Shown here piece by piece: positions 1 through 12,539 of a stretch of 64,000 nt of DNA; the first letter of the stretch is position 1, and every line of letters starts with the position of its first letter. Origin of the DNA: Eukaryota sp. GEM-RC1 (lineage: Eukaryota); the NCBI GenBank assembly GCA_040285855.1, contig JAUFOQ010000004.1:868001-932000 (forward strand), read 5' to 3'. Both the position numbers and the translations under genes were made by a program. The notes beneath the pieces were generated by a model. That model worked only from the letters and a program-made list of their open reading frames with translations. It was not told the DNA's origin and did no database searches.

Positions 1-1040
1 GACTCAAAAGTGATTCAAGGAGAGAAGTTCCTTGCTGTGATGAGTTGTTATCAACGACATACTTTTCCAGAAGCACCAAAGACAAGAATGTTCATGAAGG
101 TTCAATAAGTGATGTTGCTGTAGAATTGCGGTATTCAAGTTCAACTGTAGACATTGGACAATTACTGACACTTATCATATTTGACATCATTTAATCATAA
201 CAATTACCTATCAACTTCAAACCCTTGTTGCTTCCAGCCATAATCGTGTTTCTTCCCTATCACAACCAAAGATGCTGATTCTGAAACTGAGACTGTGGAC
301 GTACAACACACTGAAAGAAATGACAGTGCGGCAACAATAGAATGAATTGACACAAGATCATCGTTTGAAGAAGACTTACACGGATGATGTTTCTGGAACC
401 ATTCAGTTTATTACAGAGGAAACAAAATGTTTTTGTATAAGATCAGAATATAATTGTAATTTAGCAAGTCAAGTCAGACCCACATTCAACACTAAATTTG
501 AGGTGACCTAAAAGTAGATTCTAGTGATGTGTAATGACAGTAACTTCTGTGTTTTAAAAAAAATGACTGAGAAAGAGACAAACAAGCAGTCCCATAAGTC
601 AGGATGCGAGCAGATGACTCAGAAGTAATGTCCTACTTAATGATGTACGATAGTACATTGCTGGAACATCTTTTATTGATGAAATCTAGCCACAGATTCT
701 CTGTAGTTAATACTATGACTAAGAACGATAGGAATAGTATTGTAAGTACTGACTCCTTCATTTTCAATATAGTTATTAATTTGAATTCCAGACTTAATAA
801 AAGATATTTATTACAATAGATGTATAGTATACTAAATGAATGATGGGGCAATAACAAAATTTCTATCAGAATTTTGAATTTTTTGTCAAGGATCGGTTGA
901 AACTGGAACAATAAAAGTCAACTTGTTACTACAAAACCCTCAATATTGGAGAAAAACCAGAATACTATTACACAAAATATTTGTTGGTATGTCACATCAT
1001 CACATGATGTGCTAACAAAGACTTATACGTGTGTTTTAGC

Positions 1041-4000
1041 TTAACACTTGATTCGACCAATTGATATTCTTTTAACGAGTTGTTTAGTTTCAGATCCAAT
1101 GAGGTTTCCATACAGTAACATCTCAGTGATTGAAGAATTTAATTCCAATGCTTGAGCCAATGCTATACCCCCTTCGTCACCAATGACATTGTCACAGAGA
1201 TCAATAATCTTCAATGATGAGTTTAGTCTTAGTGATTCAGCCAACATTTTAGCACCTCTGTTATCAATGTAAGTACAGTATCCTCTCTATATCTTCTCGC
1301 TGTATATCTTCTCACTCTCTATAAATTCTCGTTTTTTCAATTCCCTAAGTCATTTGGTTATCTAACTTCTCGCTTTATATCTTCTCGCTTTTTATGAGTC
1401 AAACTGTACAACAACGGAAACAAAAACCCGTAGAAATCGGTGTCAAACAGTCAGCACTACTCATTCAGTATGCTGACAAGTATCCACACTTAAAAAATAC
1501 CGCTCTAGCCCTGTGGGCCAAAGAAACCTTCAATCTTCCTACACCTCCTCACCGAACAACTATAGGAAAGATACTCAAACGACGTGCCCAAATTCTTGAA
1601 CAAGCAATTACACTGGAAAAGAACTTAAGACCATCGGCAAAAGGACACGAACAGTAAAATATCCTGAACTAGATGCAGCTCTTGCTTTGTTTGTGGAAAT
1701 GAACTCGTCACTGATGACAATCACTGAAGACGTCATTCTGGCTGAAGCTGAGAAGTTGTATGAAACGCTAGAGATCCCGTTAGAAGGGCATTTAAAACAT
1801 GGTGACGGACATTAATCAGGAGATTTATGACAATCATGAAGAAGATCTACAACCACAGGCTGAAGTCACTAGAACAGAAGCATATAATGCTCTTAGAGCT
1901 TTGCAATCCTATGTTTCTGCCAACTTTCACTCAAAACACGCCTCGTTATACACTTTGGATGAAGTTGAACGTGAGTTGGAGGAATTAAGAGTTGGAGAAT
2001 TGAGGCAAAGAACTTTGATGCACTTTTTACACTCTACAAACGAATCACATGTGATTGATATTGAGTAGACTCAATAAACATATGTTTTATTTGGGTTTTT
2101 AACATAATTGTATAACTTCTCGCTTTCTATATCTTCTCGGTTTTTGTGTTCCCAAAGGCGAGAAGATATAGAGAGGATACTGTATTTGCCAAATACATCA
2201 TTGTCAGATTTGAGTTAGATTGGAATTTAAGTACACTAACATATTTAAAAAAACTGTCATACGACAGGTCACAGTCACAAAGGTCAATTGAAATAAGTCC
2301 AGCATTTTCCATTATTAATTCCCACATAACAGGGACTGATGTGGTTGAAAAGCTACAGTTTCTAAGAACAAGCTTTTTGATACTAGAACATTCCAAATAG
2401 GACATTAAAGATGCGACTTCTTCAGCAGTTATTGTGGTAAAATTTTCTGGAGCAAAATGAAACACATAATTTCCCAAATCATCTGAATGGCATAAACTAT
2501 CAATGTCCAATACTATTTTGTCCAGAGAAAGTATTTTAAATAAGACAAATAGTTCTCCTAGACTTGGATTTCCCAATCCAAGACACTCAAAACGTTTGAT
2601 TGGAATATTTGACTCTAAAGCACTGTGTAGAGTATCTAAGTCTTTTGAAGCAATCATGTTATTATAACGAATACAACCAAGAGAAACATCACAAAAATGA
2701 GGGTAAACTTGGACATTTGGAGTTAATTTCTTTGCTGACACCAGCTGATAGACATTCAAAAGAGTTCTAAATCCAATGTTAGGGCTACTAAGATTAACCT
2801 GATGTAGTTGTTGGTTAAGCTGAAGAACACCAAGTAAGTTCAAGAAAAGACTGTCAGCACAAGGATCATCTGGAAACATGTCATCGTAATCAATATGGCA
2901 GAAATCCGAGTCAGGAACACTAGACTGCGTTATATTACTGAAGTCAACGGAAGTCAAGCAAGTATTTGTCCTCAGCAAATCACACAAAACAGTGATTGCG
3001 TCATCGGAAAAACTACATCCTTTAAGAGTGAGCTCTTTGACACTCAAACGGGTTAGAAAACATTGTAGATCAGAAACTTCTAGAACAGATAGTTGAGTTG
3101 TCGTTTCCGGTGAAAAACAAAAGATGCCCTTTTCAACGTCGACGAAATGAGGAGAAGTGTCGAAACACATCACTGATTTGTTAATAGAAAAGATTTCGTA
3201 TAACGTACAAAGTTCTTGCAAACTTGGTTTCTTACACTTACACCAATTAACACGGGGAACAGGAACATTGGCCTTTAAAGCGTCCAAGAGTGCAATGAAA
3301 TCATCGTTTGTGGGCATATAAGCATAATTAATAGACTCAAGACAAACATCAATCGCATCAGGAGAAACTTGGATATTTGGGGTTAACTGATTAGTAAAAA
3401 CCATGTGAAAAAGAGTCAAAAGACTATTAAATCCAATGTGACTGTTACTAAGATTGATGTAAGTTAAATTGGGACTGGACTTAAACGCATTGAGTAACTT
3501 CGAAAAGTACTTACCAGATAGTGCTTGGTGACGAGGGTAATCGTCAGCAAAGCGATGGGAGTCAGACCAATCAGACTCGGAAGAATAACGTCTAAGTGGA
3601 ACTGACATTCCAATGGAATCGAAGTCAACAAAAGTCAGAGAATGGTTGGCTCTGATTAAATCACAGAACTCTGATAAAGCTTCATCAGTAAACAGACAAG
3701 CTTTAAGAGTGAGTTTTTGATACTGAACTTTTTCACGGAACACTGTAAAGATCGGACATGTTCAGTATTGAGTTCAGTACAACTTTTGGGAGAAAAACAA
3801 AACTCTCCACGTTCACAGTCAATGAAATGAGGCGGAATATCAACAAGAGATCGAATTTCTTTAGTATAAAAAGGATCAAACAATGTAAGTAAAGAATCAA
3901 AATTTAAGTAAGGGAGTATTATCTTCTTCAGAACTGAATTCTTCCTTAATGCTTTTAGAATTGTCCTATAGAATGAGGGCTCAAAGGTTGGACACTCCAG

Positions 4001-5241
4001 ACTTAGAACCAGTAACTTGGTATTCATCGTTAACATTTCTGTCAAGGATTGACCGTCATCAATACTATATGAATTACTAGAATTGGAAATGATTAACTCA
4101 AGTATAGAAATATTATTTGTTAGTGATTGAAGAACTGTTGACGTTGAGACACGACAGTTTAGTAATTCAAGTTTTGTTAAAAACTTGTTAGATTTTAAAA
4201 CGTCTGCCAGTAGATCACTATTTAAGACATTATTTTTAAAAGTTATCTCTCTAATAGATGAATTATCCTTGAGACCGAGTAATACCGTAGAATCAATAGT
4301 CAAAACCCCTGTTATGGAATTTGCATTAGGAAACGTGATACTTTTAAGAGTGGAACTGTTGAACAATGGAGCAAGAACATTGGAATTTCGAAGGTGAAGC
4401 TCTGATAAGTCCAATTTTGTAAGTTGTGCAGTTTTTGAAAGTGACGTGATCAGAATCGGAGACCAATCAGTTCCATGTAGATAATCATAAATAAGATTTC
4501 CAGAATTTGAAGAAAGTTTGACCTTCTTCAAGTTGATATTTGAAGTAAAGACCTCTGCAAGAGAATAAGCTTCAGCTGAAGTTAGTGAATTAACTTCAAT
4601 ATTTAATTCTGTAATAGTGCTAAAGGACAAAACAGACTGACAAAAGGCACTAAACGTATCCTTGTAAATTACCCCGTTGATATCAATACATCTAAGTCGT
4701 GGAAACAAATGAGGAACTTGTTACTTTTAAACGAGTTATAATGAAAGTAAACTCCATAATTTCTTCAAGTTGAAACTGTGGCAGAACCCCATTCAAGAAA
4801 ACAGACCGAACCTCTGCTCCAAAGAAAGAAGCAAGTGAAGAAAGACCTCGGAGATCTTTAGGTGCTGCAGTAAACGTGTTAACTTCAAAAAAACATCATA
4901 ACTGCATGATAAGAAGACTCAAAGAAGCATTCACTCACATAGCCAACTGTCTGAAAAAAGGAGGGTATTTCTGCTATCAAACGAGGGAGCGAGCGACAAG
5001 GACTACGGCAATTCAGTACAAGAGAGGACTTGCAAATAATTCTTATACACTGATACTGTATCAGTATCAACAACGACTGTTGAAAATGAAGATGCTTGGA
5101 AGAAGACTCATGAAGAAGTGAAGTGGATTTTGTCAAGATGGAACTAGAAGATGTGTGAGAATCGGAAGACACAGAGGTATCACTATCCACTGATTGAGAG
5201 TCATCTTCGGAACGACTTGTCTTTAGCGGTGGTTGATCCAT
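1041..5241 (-). pseudogene. Large LRR-containing gene, frameshifted and split by a pogo-like insertion
   Basis: Collinear minus-strand ORFs 4885-5241, 3656-4708, 2127-3743 and 1041-1247; the last three carry RNI-like LRR motifs (LTKLDLS, LTSVDFSN, LKIIDLCDNVIGDEGGIALAQAL). Removing the 1276-2182 element and one TA restores the frame MMYLANTYIDNRGAKMLAESLR. The first break is at a T homopolymer near 4888. Confidence 0.8.
1276..2182 (+). mobile_element. Non-autonomous pogo/Tigger (Tc1/mariner superfamily) DNA transposon
   Basis: Perfect 25-bp TIRs CAGTATCCTCTCTATATCTTCTCGC, with TA duplications at 1274-1275 and 2183-2184. The internal ORF pieces encode a CENP-B-like HTH (LALWAKETFNL..PHRTTIGKIL), a second HTH (KYPELDAALALFV) and a Tigger-type C-terminus (QRTLMHFL). 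The DDE domain is deleted. Confidence 0.92.
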
Positions 5242-7189
5242 TAAGATTGGCTTTAAGGTTAATATGAGTCAAATTGAGTTCATTTTGGACTTTTTTTACT
5301 CAATTAATATTACTATTACTATTCAGTAATAGCTCAGTACTAGTACAATCTACCCTGAATATAAGGCATTTTAGTACGCTCTATGTCCCGGTTCCCAACT
5401 TTGTAGAAGAGTACACTAAATCTTGACTTTAGTCAGCATTTATGAACAATTTGGAAGTTCTTTTTCAGCCATTGCTACCATATTTTCGCTTGATGTATGA
5501 TGATTGTTCTGAGTAAGGGTTCACTTTCATCTGGAACTCAGCTGTGTCACTCTTGGTATCTTTTTCATTTGTCTCACTTAACAATCAGTTTGCACTATTT
5601 ATGAACAATTTCCATACGACTCTTTGACGACATCATTTAGTTGTTTCATTGTGTAGAAGTTTTCCACAGTAATTGAGCATTTTACTGTACAAAATATACT
5701 ATAGTTCAAGGGCAGATGTAGAACATTTAATATCTATTCAGTACTAGAATGTAGCTCATTACTTTATGTTAATTAGGTACGATGTCTATATCATTAATCA
5801 AATAACTTGAATTTACAGTATATCGTATGTCAGCTACCGACTGTTGAACTAGAAACCATTCTATGTATATCAATAAAGTGAACAGTACCTGATAGTATTA
5901 TGAACAAAGTTCAATTATTGTATTCGCACTACGACACAATTTCGAATAGCCATCAAAGAAATCCACCACAGCTCTTTCAATATTCCCAAATTGTTGATAT
6001 AAATGTCATATAGAAGTCAAAATATGTTACAGGCTCATTTCTATTTACACAGAAACCAACACATACATCATCAAAAATCTATCAATTGGTGAGAATCTCT
6101 CAGATCCCTTTTGCTGCCAAGAATTCTTGCTAAATAATGCTCTTAGATACCCAGGACAGAGCCTCTTACGTCTTGGATGCAGTCCAACAAACTTTCTGTA
6201 AGAGTTCCCTAGGACGCAAAAAAAACGTAAGTTGTCTTTGTTTACAGTTCTTGAGAAGCGTAAAGTTGAGTTATAATGTCACAAAATTTTATTCAAAAAC
6301 TGGATGAAGTAAATAAGAGTCGATGTTGTAATTATTTGATGACGTTGATCTTTGATGCAGCTCGAATGGAAAAGATTTTATTTTTATTTGTTCTGTTGTA
6401 GACAGTCTTCACAATAAATTAAACAGGTACATGTATATGCACTGCAGCGCTTACCCCAGTAAATGGTCAAGCCCCTGCGAGGTTGGTGCAACGTTGCTAC
6501 AATTGATTTGATTCTGACTAAATCTTGTTTGAGTTTATTTTGAGGGTGAATCAATTTGTATCCTTTTGTACATTGTTTCATCTCAACGTGAACCCTTTCA
6601 ACATTTGGAGTTTTTCAGTTGACAAAAGGTCCACTCATTAACAAACAACAAACGACTGGTAAATCAACAGATAATCTTCTACAGCCAGCCCCAAAAACCA
6701 TACCATCAGTTCACTGTATTATAGTTTAACTGTGTCATTGGCATGTAATACAAAAAAATGAACTTTTAGTAAATTCATCCAGAATATGTATAATGTACAT
6801 GACGACTTTCCATGTAAATATATATATAGTATATGAATATCTAGAAATAATCTGAATCTGAATATTTCCCCAGGTACTAGACTGAATCACTTGTTGTTTG
6901 ACACCATTAGTCAATCATCTTGCAGGTAATACAGACACATATTCTGGTAAACATTGCGACCAAACGTCAAACGGTAATTTGATCAACGCTTCGTGAATGA
7001 TATGACCTTCATAAGTAGTCGATTCAGACTAATTCTTGTAATGTATATGGTCAACAATCTACTAGTAGATGGACAGTTTGTGTTTACAGTCTACTATTAG
7101 TAGCAGGGATGTTAAAAAATATATTAATATATATAATATTGTGTGGGTTTACAATAAATATATTGATATTGTCAAATTTGACAATAAAT

Positions 7190-8122
7190 CAGGGATGTTA
7201 AAAATGATTTAAATAAATTATTGCACTCTGAATAAAGCAAAATCAATAATTGCCGTATTTGAGTACACTAGAATAAATAATTGCCGTATTTGCAATACAA
7301 AAATAAATAATTGCAATGATTTAAATAATTTTTATTGTTTCACAACATAATAAAGATGTACTGAACTGTTTTTCGAACACTCACTGTCGCTGGAAGCCTC
7401 AACCTGCTCCTCATTGCCGTTAAGTGGATTTTGTTCAACAATACGGTGTACTGTTTCCACATTCCACAAATGTTTGTTGTAATTGAGAAACAACTGATTC
7501 CCTGATGATGCCTTGGAAAGATTGTGTCGACAGAGACCGATAGTGAGTCTAGCTTGACTGAAAAGACGTTCAACTTCATTTGAAGTTGATGGGACGAAGG
7601 AAAGATCCATATAAGTATTGGCTGCTGAGGGTGGTTCTTCGTTTTCAATAAGATTTAGTTCTTCAGCAAGTGAAGCAGCTGTAACTGCTATGATTTCTGA
7701 TGGGACTTCGAAGGATTTCAAATTTTATATTGGGGCATCTCTGACAAGTGTAAGAGACTTTATTCTCAGGAAGATCAGATGGTTGTTGTTCAGTTTTCCG
7801 GAAGTAAAACAAATCAACTTCTTTCATTGATGAAGTGGAGGAGATAAAACTGGTTCGGTGATTTTGCTGTTAACTTCACTTTATCCACTAATAAATTTAC
7901 GGCATCTATACTTATGGTAAATCAGTAATTACACTAATGGTTAAAACAAAGTACACACAGATTAATACCAATAATTTAAATAATTTCTAGATCAGCAATA
8001 AATGATTGCCGTATTTCAACTAGCAAAATCAATAATTGCCGTATGTTACCTGAGAAAAATAAATTATTTTTGCAATAATTTATTGCCGTTATTTAAATGT
8101 TTATATTTTTTTAACATCCCTG
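7190..8122 (-). mobile_element. Nested internally deleted hAT element
   Basis: TIRs CAGGGATGTTAAAAA and 8-bp TSD CAATAAAT (7182-7189, 8123-8130). ORF 7332-7721 has the hAT C-terminal dimerisation motif PSTSNEVERLFS. Confidence 0.9.
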
Positions 8123-8171
8123 CAATAAATACATATATTTATTGCCAATATCTCTAGTACTAGTATAATGT

Positions 8172-8565
8172 AGAAAAAACAGGGTTTATGATCAATCAGA
8201 GAAAAAAACGTCTAGTGTAGTAAGTCTATTCTTCGTCCATTACATCACAATCTTGGTGCAACAAATCTTGACAAGGACTGTGGAGAAGTAGTCTTCGAGT
8301 AGTATTTTCTTGTCAAAGTTGCGAGTTGTACAGTAAAAGTAACTGTTTCTCAAGGCTTGAAGGGTGCAAACGTGATCCAAGAGTGCCAGTGGTAAGCATT
8401 GTACTACTGAACAATCTTTCGAACAACTAAAATCTTTGTTCATTTTGATTCATAACAGTATGATCAACAGTTTGTATCATATCTTACAAAATTGAGACAA
8501 CGTTGAACGAGTTGTTTGAAGAAAGTTCGATATTTGCAAATGAAAACACGACAATTTAGCATGAA
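8172..8565 (-). mobile_element. Probable 5'-truncated non-LTR retrotransposon 3' end
   Basis: Carries the CTGATTGATCATAAACCC..TTTT terminus also seen at about 58793-58815. Approximate TSD AGTATAATGT/AGTATAGTGT (8162-8171, 8566-8575). Confidence 0.5.
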
Positions 8566-8741
8566 AGTATAGTGTCACACTATTGAAATATATTGCAATA
8601 TTATTGCATATTGCCGATTGAGACAATAAATATATTGGTGGTCCAACTGTTGACAAACAATCAATAAATATATAATATTTATTGCATTAAATAAATAAAT
8701 ACAATACATGTATATATTTTTTAACATCCCTGATTAGTAGT

Positions 8742-9683
8742 CAGGGATGAGAAATATTGAATTGCCAGTCCAATATTGACAATCAATATCAATATATATT
8801 GATTGATCCACTGTTATTCAATATCAGTATATTGCCAATATTGCCAATACAATATGTCTCTAATAAAACAACAAATTTACTTTTTCTTGTCTTACATGCC
8901 TGACAACAAAGTCGTTTGTGGTGGTTTTTTACCCTGCAGTCCACAATTGACAACCAAACCTGAAAAACAATTTGAAAACGAAAAACTTAGGGTTCATTCC
9001 TGCAACTTCTGTTGAAGTGGAAAGATTATTTTCTCACATGAAGCTTTGTGTGGACAAAAATCGATTTTGTTTATCGCCAGAAAGACTGGAGCAATACTGT
9101 CGTTATGGTTGCACTACGAAGTCTTTGGAATGTGAAAACTATTCGAAGTGCTTGCCAATCCCACTGGTCTGCAGAAGATGACATCGTTGATGGAGATGTA
9201 GTTTAGACTATTTGTTCGCAACAAATTGCTGTATTACTTTTTGTAGTAAAAAATTTAGATACATTTCACATTTGATATCTTTTAAGTACTATTAGTATGT
9301 AAGAGTTTATTTGCAACAATACATTAATACATACTAATTCAGAAAACGAAAGAAGTTAAATTCTCCACATCAACACGAGAATTGTCCCTATACAACTTCG
9401 AATAAATGGAACATAAATATTTGGGAATGCTTCTATAAAGAGCGAACATAATTCGATTAATCGATACAGCGCTATTAAACACCTTGCCATTAGAATGACA
9501 TAAAAGACTAAAATCACTGAAAAACTTTAAACAGTATTAGTATGTCTATCTTTAATTCAAGTGTATTAACTATACAATCTATAAATAATGCAGTATTGGC
9601 AATATATTGGAGCCAATACTGTATTGATTGGTGAGCTGTTTTCCAGTATCAATATGTTGACAATCCAATGTTTCCTATCCCTG
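8742..9683 (+). mobile_element. Internally deleted hAT element
   Basis: Imperfect TIRs CAGGGATGAGAAATATTG / CAGGGATAGGAAACATTG and 7/8-matching TSD TTAGTAGT/TTAGTAGA. ORF 8972-9181 has the hAT dimerisation motif FIPATSVEVERLFS. Confidence 0.82.
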
Positions 9684-9732
9684 TTAGTAGAACACGTACA
9701 GTAGTTGTAATGGTAAACAAATCTCTCCTTCA

Positions 9733-11108
9733 ATGTCACTCACATCCACCTCACCCAACACTCTCTCTACACTCCAGTCCAACACTCCAGTCTCCATGAT
9801 CAAACCATTATCTTTAATGATGAATCCTTCTCTGTCATTAAGTCAGTCCTTGCTTCCAACTCTCAGTACTTCTTCTCTCTTTGGTTTATGGAGTTTGGAG
9901 ATCGCTTCGAGAACCCTCTGGACTTCTCTCATCTGCCCTTATCATCCGAGTCTTTCTCCGCCTTCATCTCTTCCTTCTTTGGTCACACCATTGACCTCAC
10001 TTCTTCCAACGTCTATGACGTTTTCTACCTCGCCACTTACTTCCAGTGTGATCATCTTAAAACTACTCTCATGGAGATTCTCCCTTCAAAAATGACTAAT
10101 TGGGACTGGTGCAGCAAGTTCTTGAAAAAGTGCGTTGAACAAGAAGACTTGAGAGGATTAAAATTTGTTGGAGATTTTCTCACAGAAATTGAAAATATTT
10201 GTCTAAAATCTGAATTTGTCTTCCCATTTGTCTTTCTTCAAAGTTTACTTGAATTTTGCACTTCTTCAAGTTCTTTCAAATGGTTTTTAAAGTCACTTGT
10301 GGCTTCAGTTAAATCAGAAATTATAAATTCTGAAGAATTATTTGAAATTCTGACTCTTGTTGACGTTAACCTGTTGACTTTTAAAGACTGGGATGAGCTA
10401 TTCTTAAACCCTCTTGAGAATATTTCAAATTTGGAAGAAATTTTGATGAAGTTTCACTTTAAACAATTACGTCCGATATTTTTTGAGTCAATAATTTCTG
10501 AAAATTTGACGTTAAAAGAACAATTAGTTGAAGCAACTGAATTAATTAAGGAAAAAGATGATGAAATATTTAAATTGAAGGAAATTTTTCAAAAACAAGA
10601 TGAATGTACAAAACCTGTTGAATCTTCAGTTGTGAGTTTTTCTTCTAGTCTTAAACATCAAAATTTAAATATTTCAAATGGAGGAAAAACTGTTACTCAG
10701 AATGGTTCAGAATGGTCCAATGTTATTTCAGAAACTCCTCTTCTTACAGAAAATGTCTATAAAGTTAGGGCTAGGTATGGCCCTTCGTCTGTTAATAATA
10801 GTCTAATGATTGGAATTATTCCTAGAAAAGAGTATGATTGTAGTGGTTGTATTTACGCAAAGCCAAATGCTCATTGTTTCTACAGTCGTACCAATAACTT
10901 CTATAGTCCTTCAGGATCCCCTAATGGAAAATGGCTCCCAAATGAAATCATTGAAATCACAATTAATCTTGTGAATAATTCAATAACTGTTACAAAAGAG
11001 TCAGACCCTGGATTTAATTGTACAAGAGAAATTAGTTCTTTAACTAATGATAACTACCATCTTGTTGGGATTTTGGTTCAACAAAATTCTGTTCTTGAAT
11101 TGGTATAG
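9733..11108 (+). CDS. BTB/POZ + coiled-coil + SPRY/B30.2-like protein (copy 1); 5' end needs a frame correction
   Basis: The frame of ORF 9888-11108 is open from 9717 and reads LHDQTIIFNDESFSVIKSVLASNSQYFFSLWFMEF...NVYDVFYLATYFQCDHL (BTB). The C-terminal beta-rich domain reads KHQNLNISNGGKTVT...MIGII...IEITINL (SPRY-like). The conserved ATG at 9733 is out of frame. Confidence 0.8.
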
Positions 11109-11380
11109 CTTCATTTTCTAATAAACTTGACGCACTTATTTGGTTTTTGTTCACTTAGAAATTACCCTTCTCATTGGGATTTAACACAACGTTCTACAAT
11201 AAAAAACTCAACAGTCCTTGTACTCGAGAGGGGGGAAAGTACAATGTTACTGTTGGTACATAAACGCAATTACAGTACATTGGTCTGCTGTAACTAAATT
11301 TGATTGACTAATTGAGTAAATAATTGGCAAGATCCGGCTAAACTGTTTGTTTATCTCGTATTCCAATCTGTTTTCTTTAA

Positions 11381-11426
11381 GGTACGCAACACACGGCCAC
11401 GCTGCCACACCGTGTGTTTGCGTACC
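11381..11426. repeat. Short GC-rich foldback (possible micro-MITE)
   Basis: GGTACGCAACACACGG ... CCGTGTGTTTGCGTACC forms a 16-bp stem with one bulge. Confidence 0.55.
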
Positions 11427-11937
11427 CTACTTTTCTCGTCCAGATTTGTTTGGCAGTATCACAAGGACTACAAACAAAGCACTTGAACTGACCATGTACG
11501 ATCTGTCTGTTGTTATCAGTTTTTAACGTGCTTCTCCTATCATAAAATACTGGTAGGGATCAGTTGAAATCGAATGCCGTATAGAAAAGTACAGTATTTT
11601 TAATAAGTTGTAGAAATTATATTGAAATTACTGTGGAATCGAAAGTTTTCTGTCTTTAATGTTATACAGATTTTATTTTAATATATAATTTCGCCCTTCA
11701 TCGACAAATTGGTTTTAAGTTATATCTGTTATATCAACACTTACTCACATTACGGTATGTTAACTTTAAGGGGTGGAAATCAATCCTGTAGTGGCTAACA
11801 ACTCAGATGTTTGTTTCAATACCTTTCTAGTTTGATTTGATTACGTGCGAATTGGAAGCCGATGTACTACTAATTTGGATGAAGTTCATCAACACTGTAT
11901 TATTCCGATAGAAATAACAAATACATCAATCTAACAA

Positions 11938-12402
11938 ATTTTGATTCTAGTCAAATTATCCTTGATGTTACATCAGTTGATCCATGAGCTCAAACTTATA
12001 TTAAGGACTTGAATTCAAAAGGTTTCAATCAACTAGAAACAGCTGAAAAACGTAAACTTGATTTGTATTCCAAAGATGTTGCTAAACTCAATCAAAATTG
12101 ATATTCAACATTTGTATTTGTTCCATTTGCTATTTCTATTTTTGGTAGTATTGGTGAAATGACTTTTAAGTTTTTAACTGATTTTGGATCTATGTGTAAG
12201 TCTCAGAGTAAGAGATTTAACTTTTCAATTTGGCATAACCGTTTGAATTTTTCTCTGTTCCGTTCGGTGCCTAAGTTTTTTAAATCAATTTTGACAAAGT
12301 TGTATAAAAACTGTGGTACTGTTGACCAGGAATTTTCGGTGTCTAGTGTTTCATAGCTTTTATTATGATCTATTTTTGTACCCTCCATCAATAAACTGTC
12401 TT
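11938..12402 (+). mobile_element. 5'-truncated REL-endonuclease (CRE-like) non-LTR retrotransposon
   Basis: 12-bp TSD TCAATCTAACAA (11926-11937, 12403-12414). The degraded translation IILDVTSVDP..ETAEKRKLDLY..FVPFAISIFGSIG matches the copies at 35.3-35.9 kb and 58.3-58.8 kb. Confidence 0.78.
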
Positions 12403-12539
12403 TCAATCTAACAATAATGCATAATTTGAAAACACACATTACTAATAATTAAATATTTATTTCTCCGAAGAATTCCATCAGCACAGACTAATATACAATA
12501 ATAAAGAAAAAAACCAAACTTTAAAATACATTTACTTCA

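Larger units (their letters stand above)
7104..8732. mobile_element. Non-autonomous hAT element (outer), containing nested insertions
   Basis: 21-bp TIRs CAGGGATGTTAAAAAATATAT, 8-bp TSD ATTAGTAG (7096-7103, 8733-8740), and AT-rich CAATA/TATTG subterminal repeats. Confidence 0.88.
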
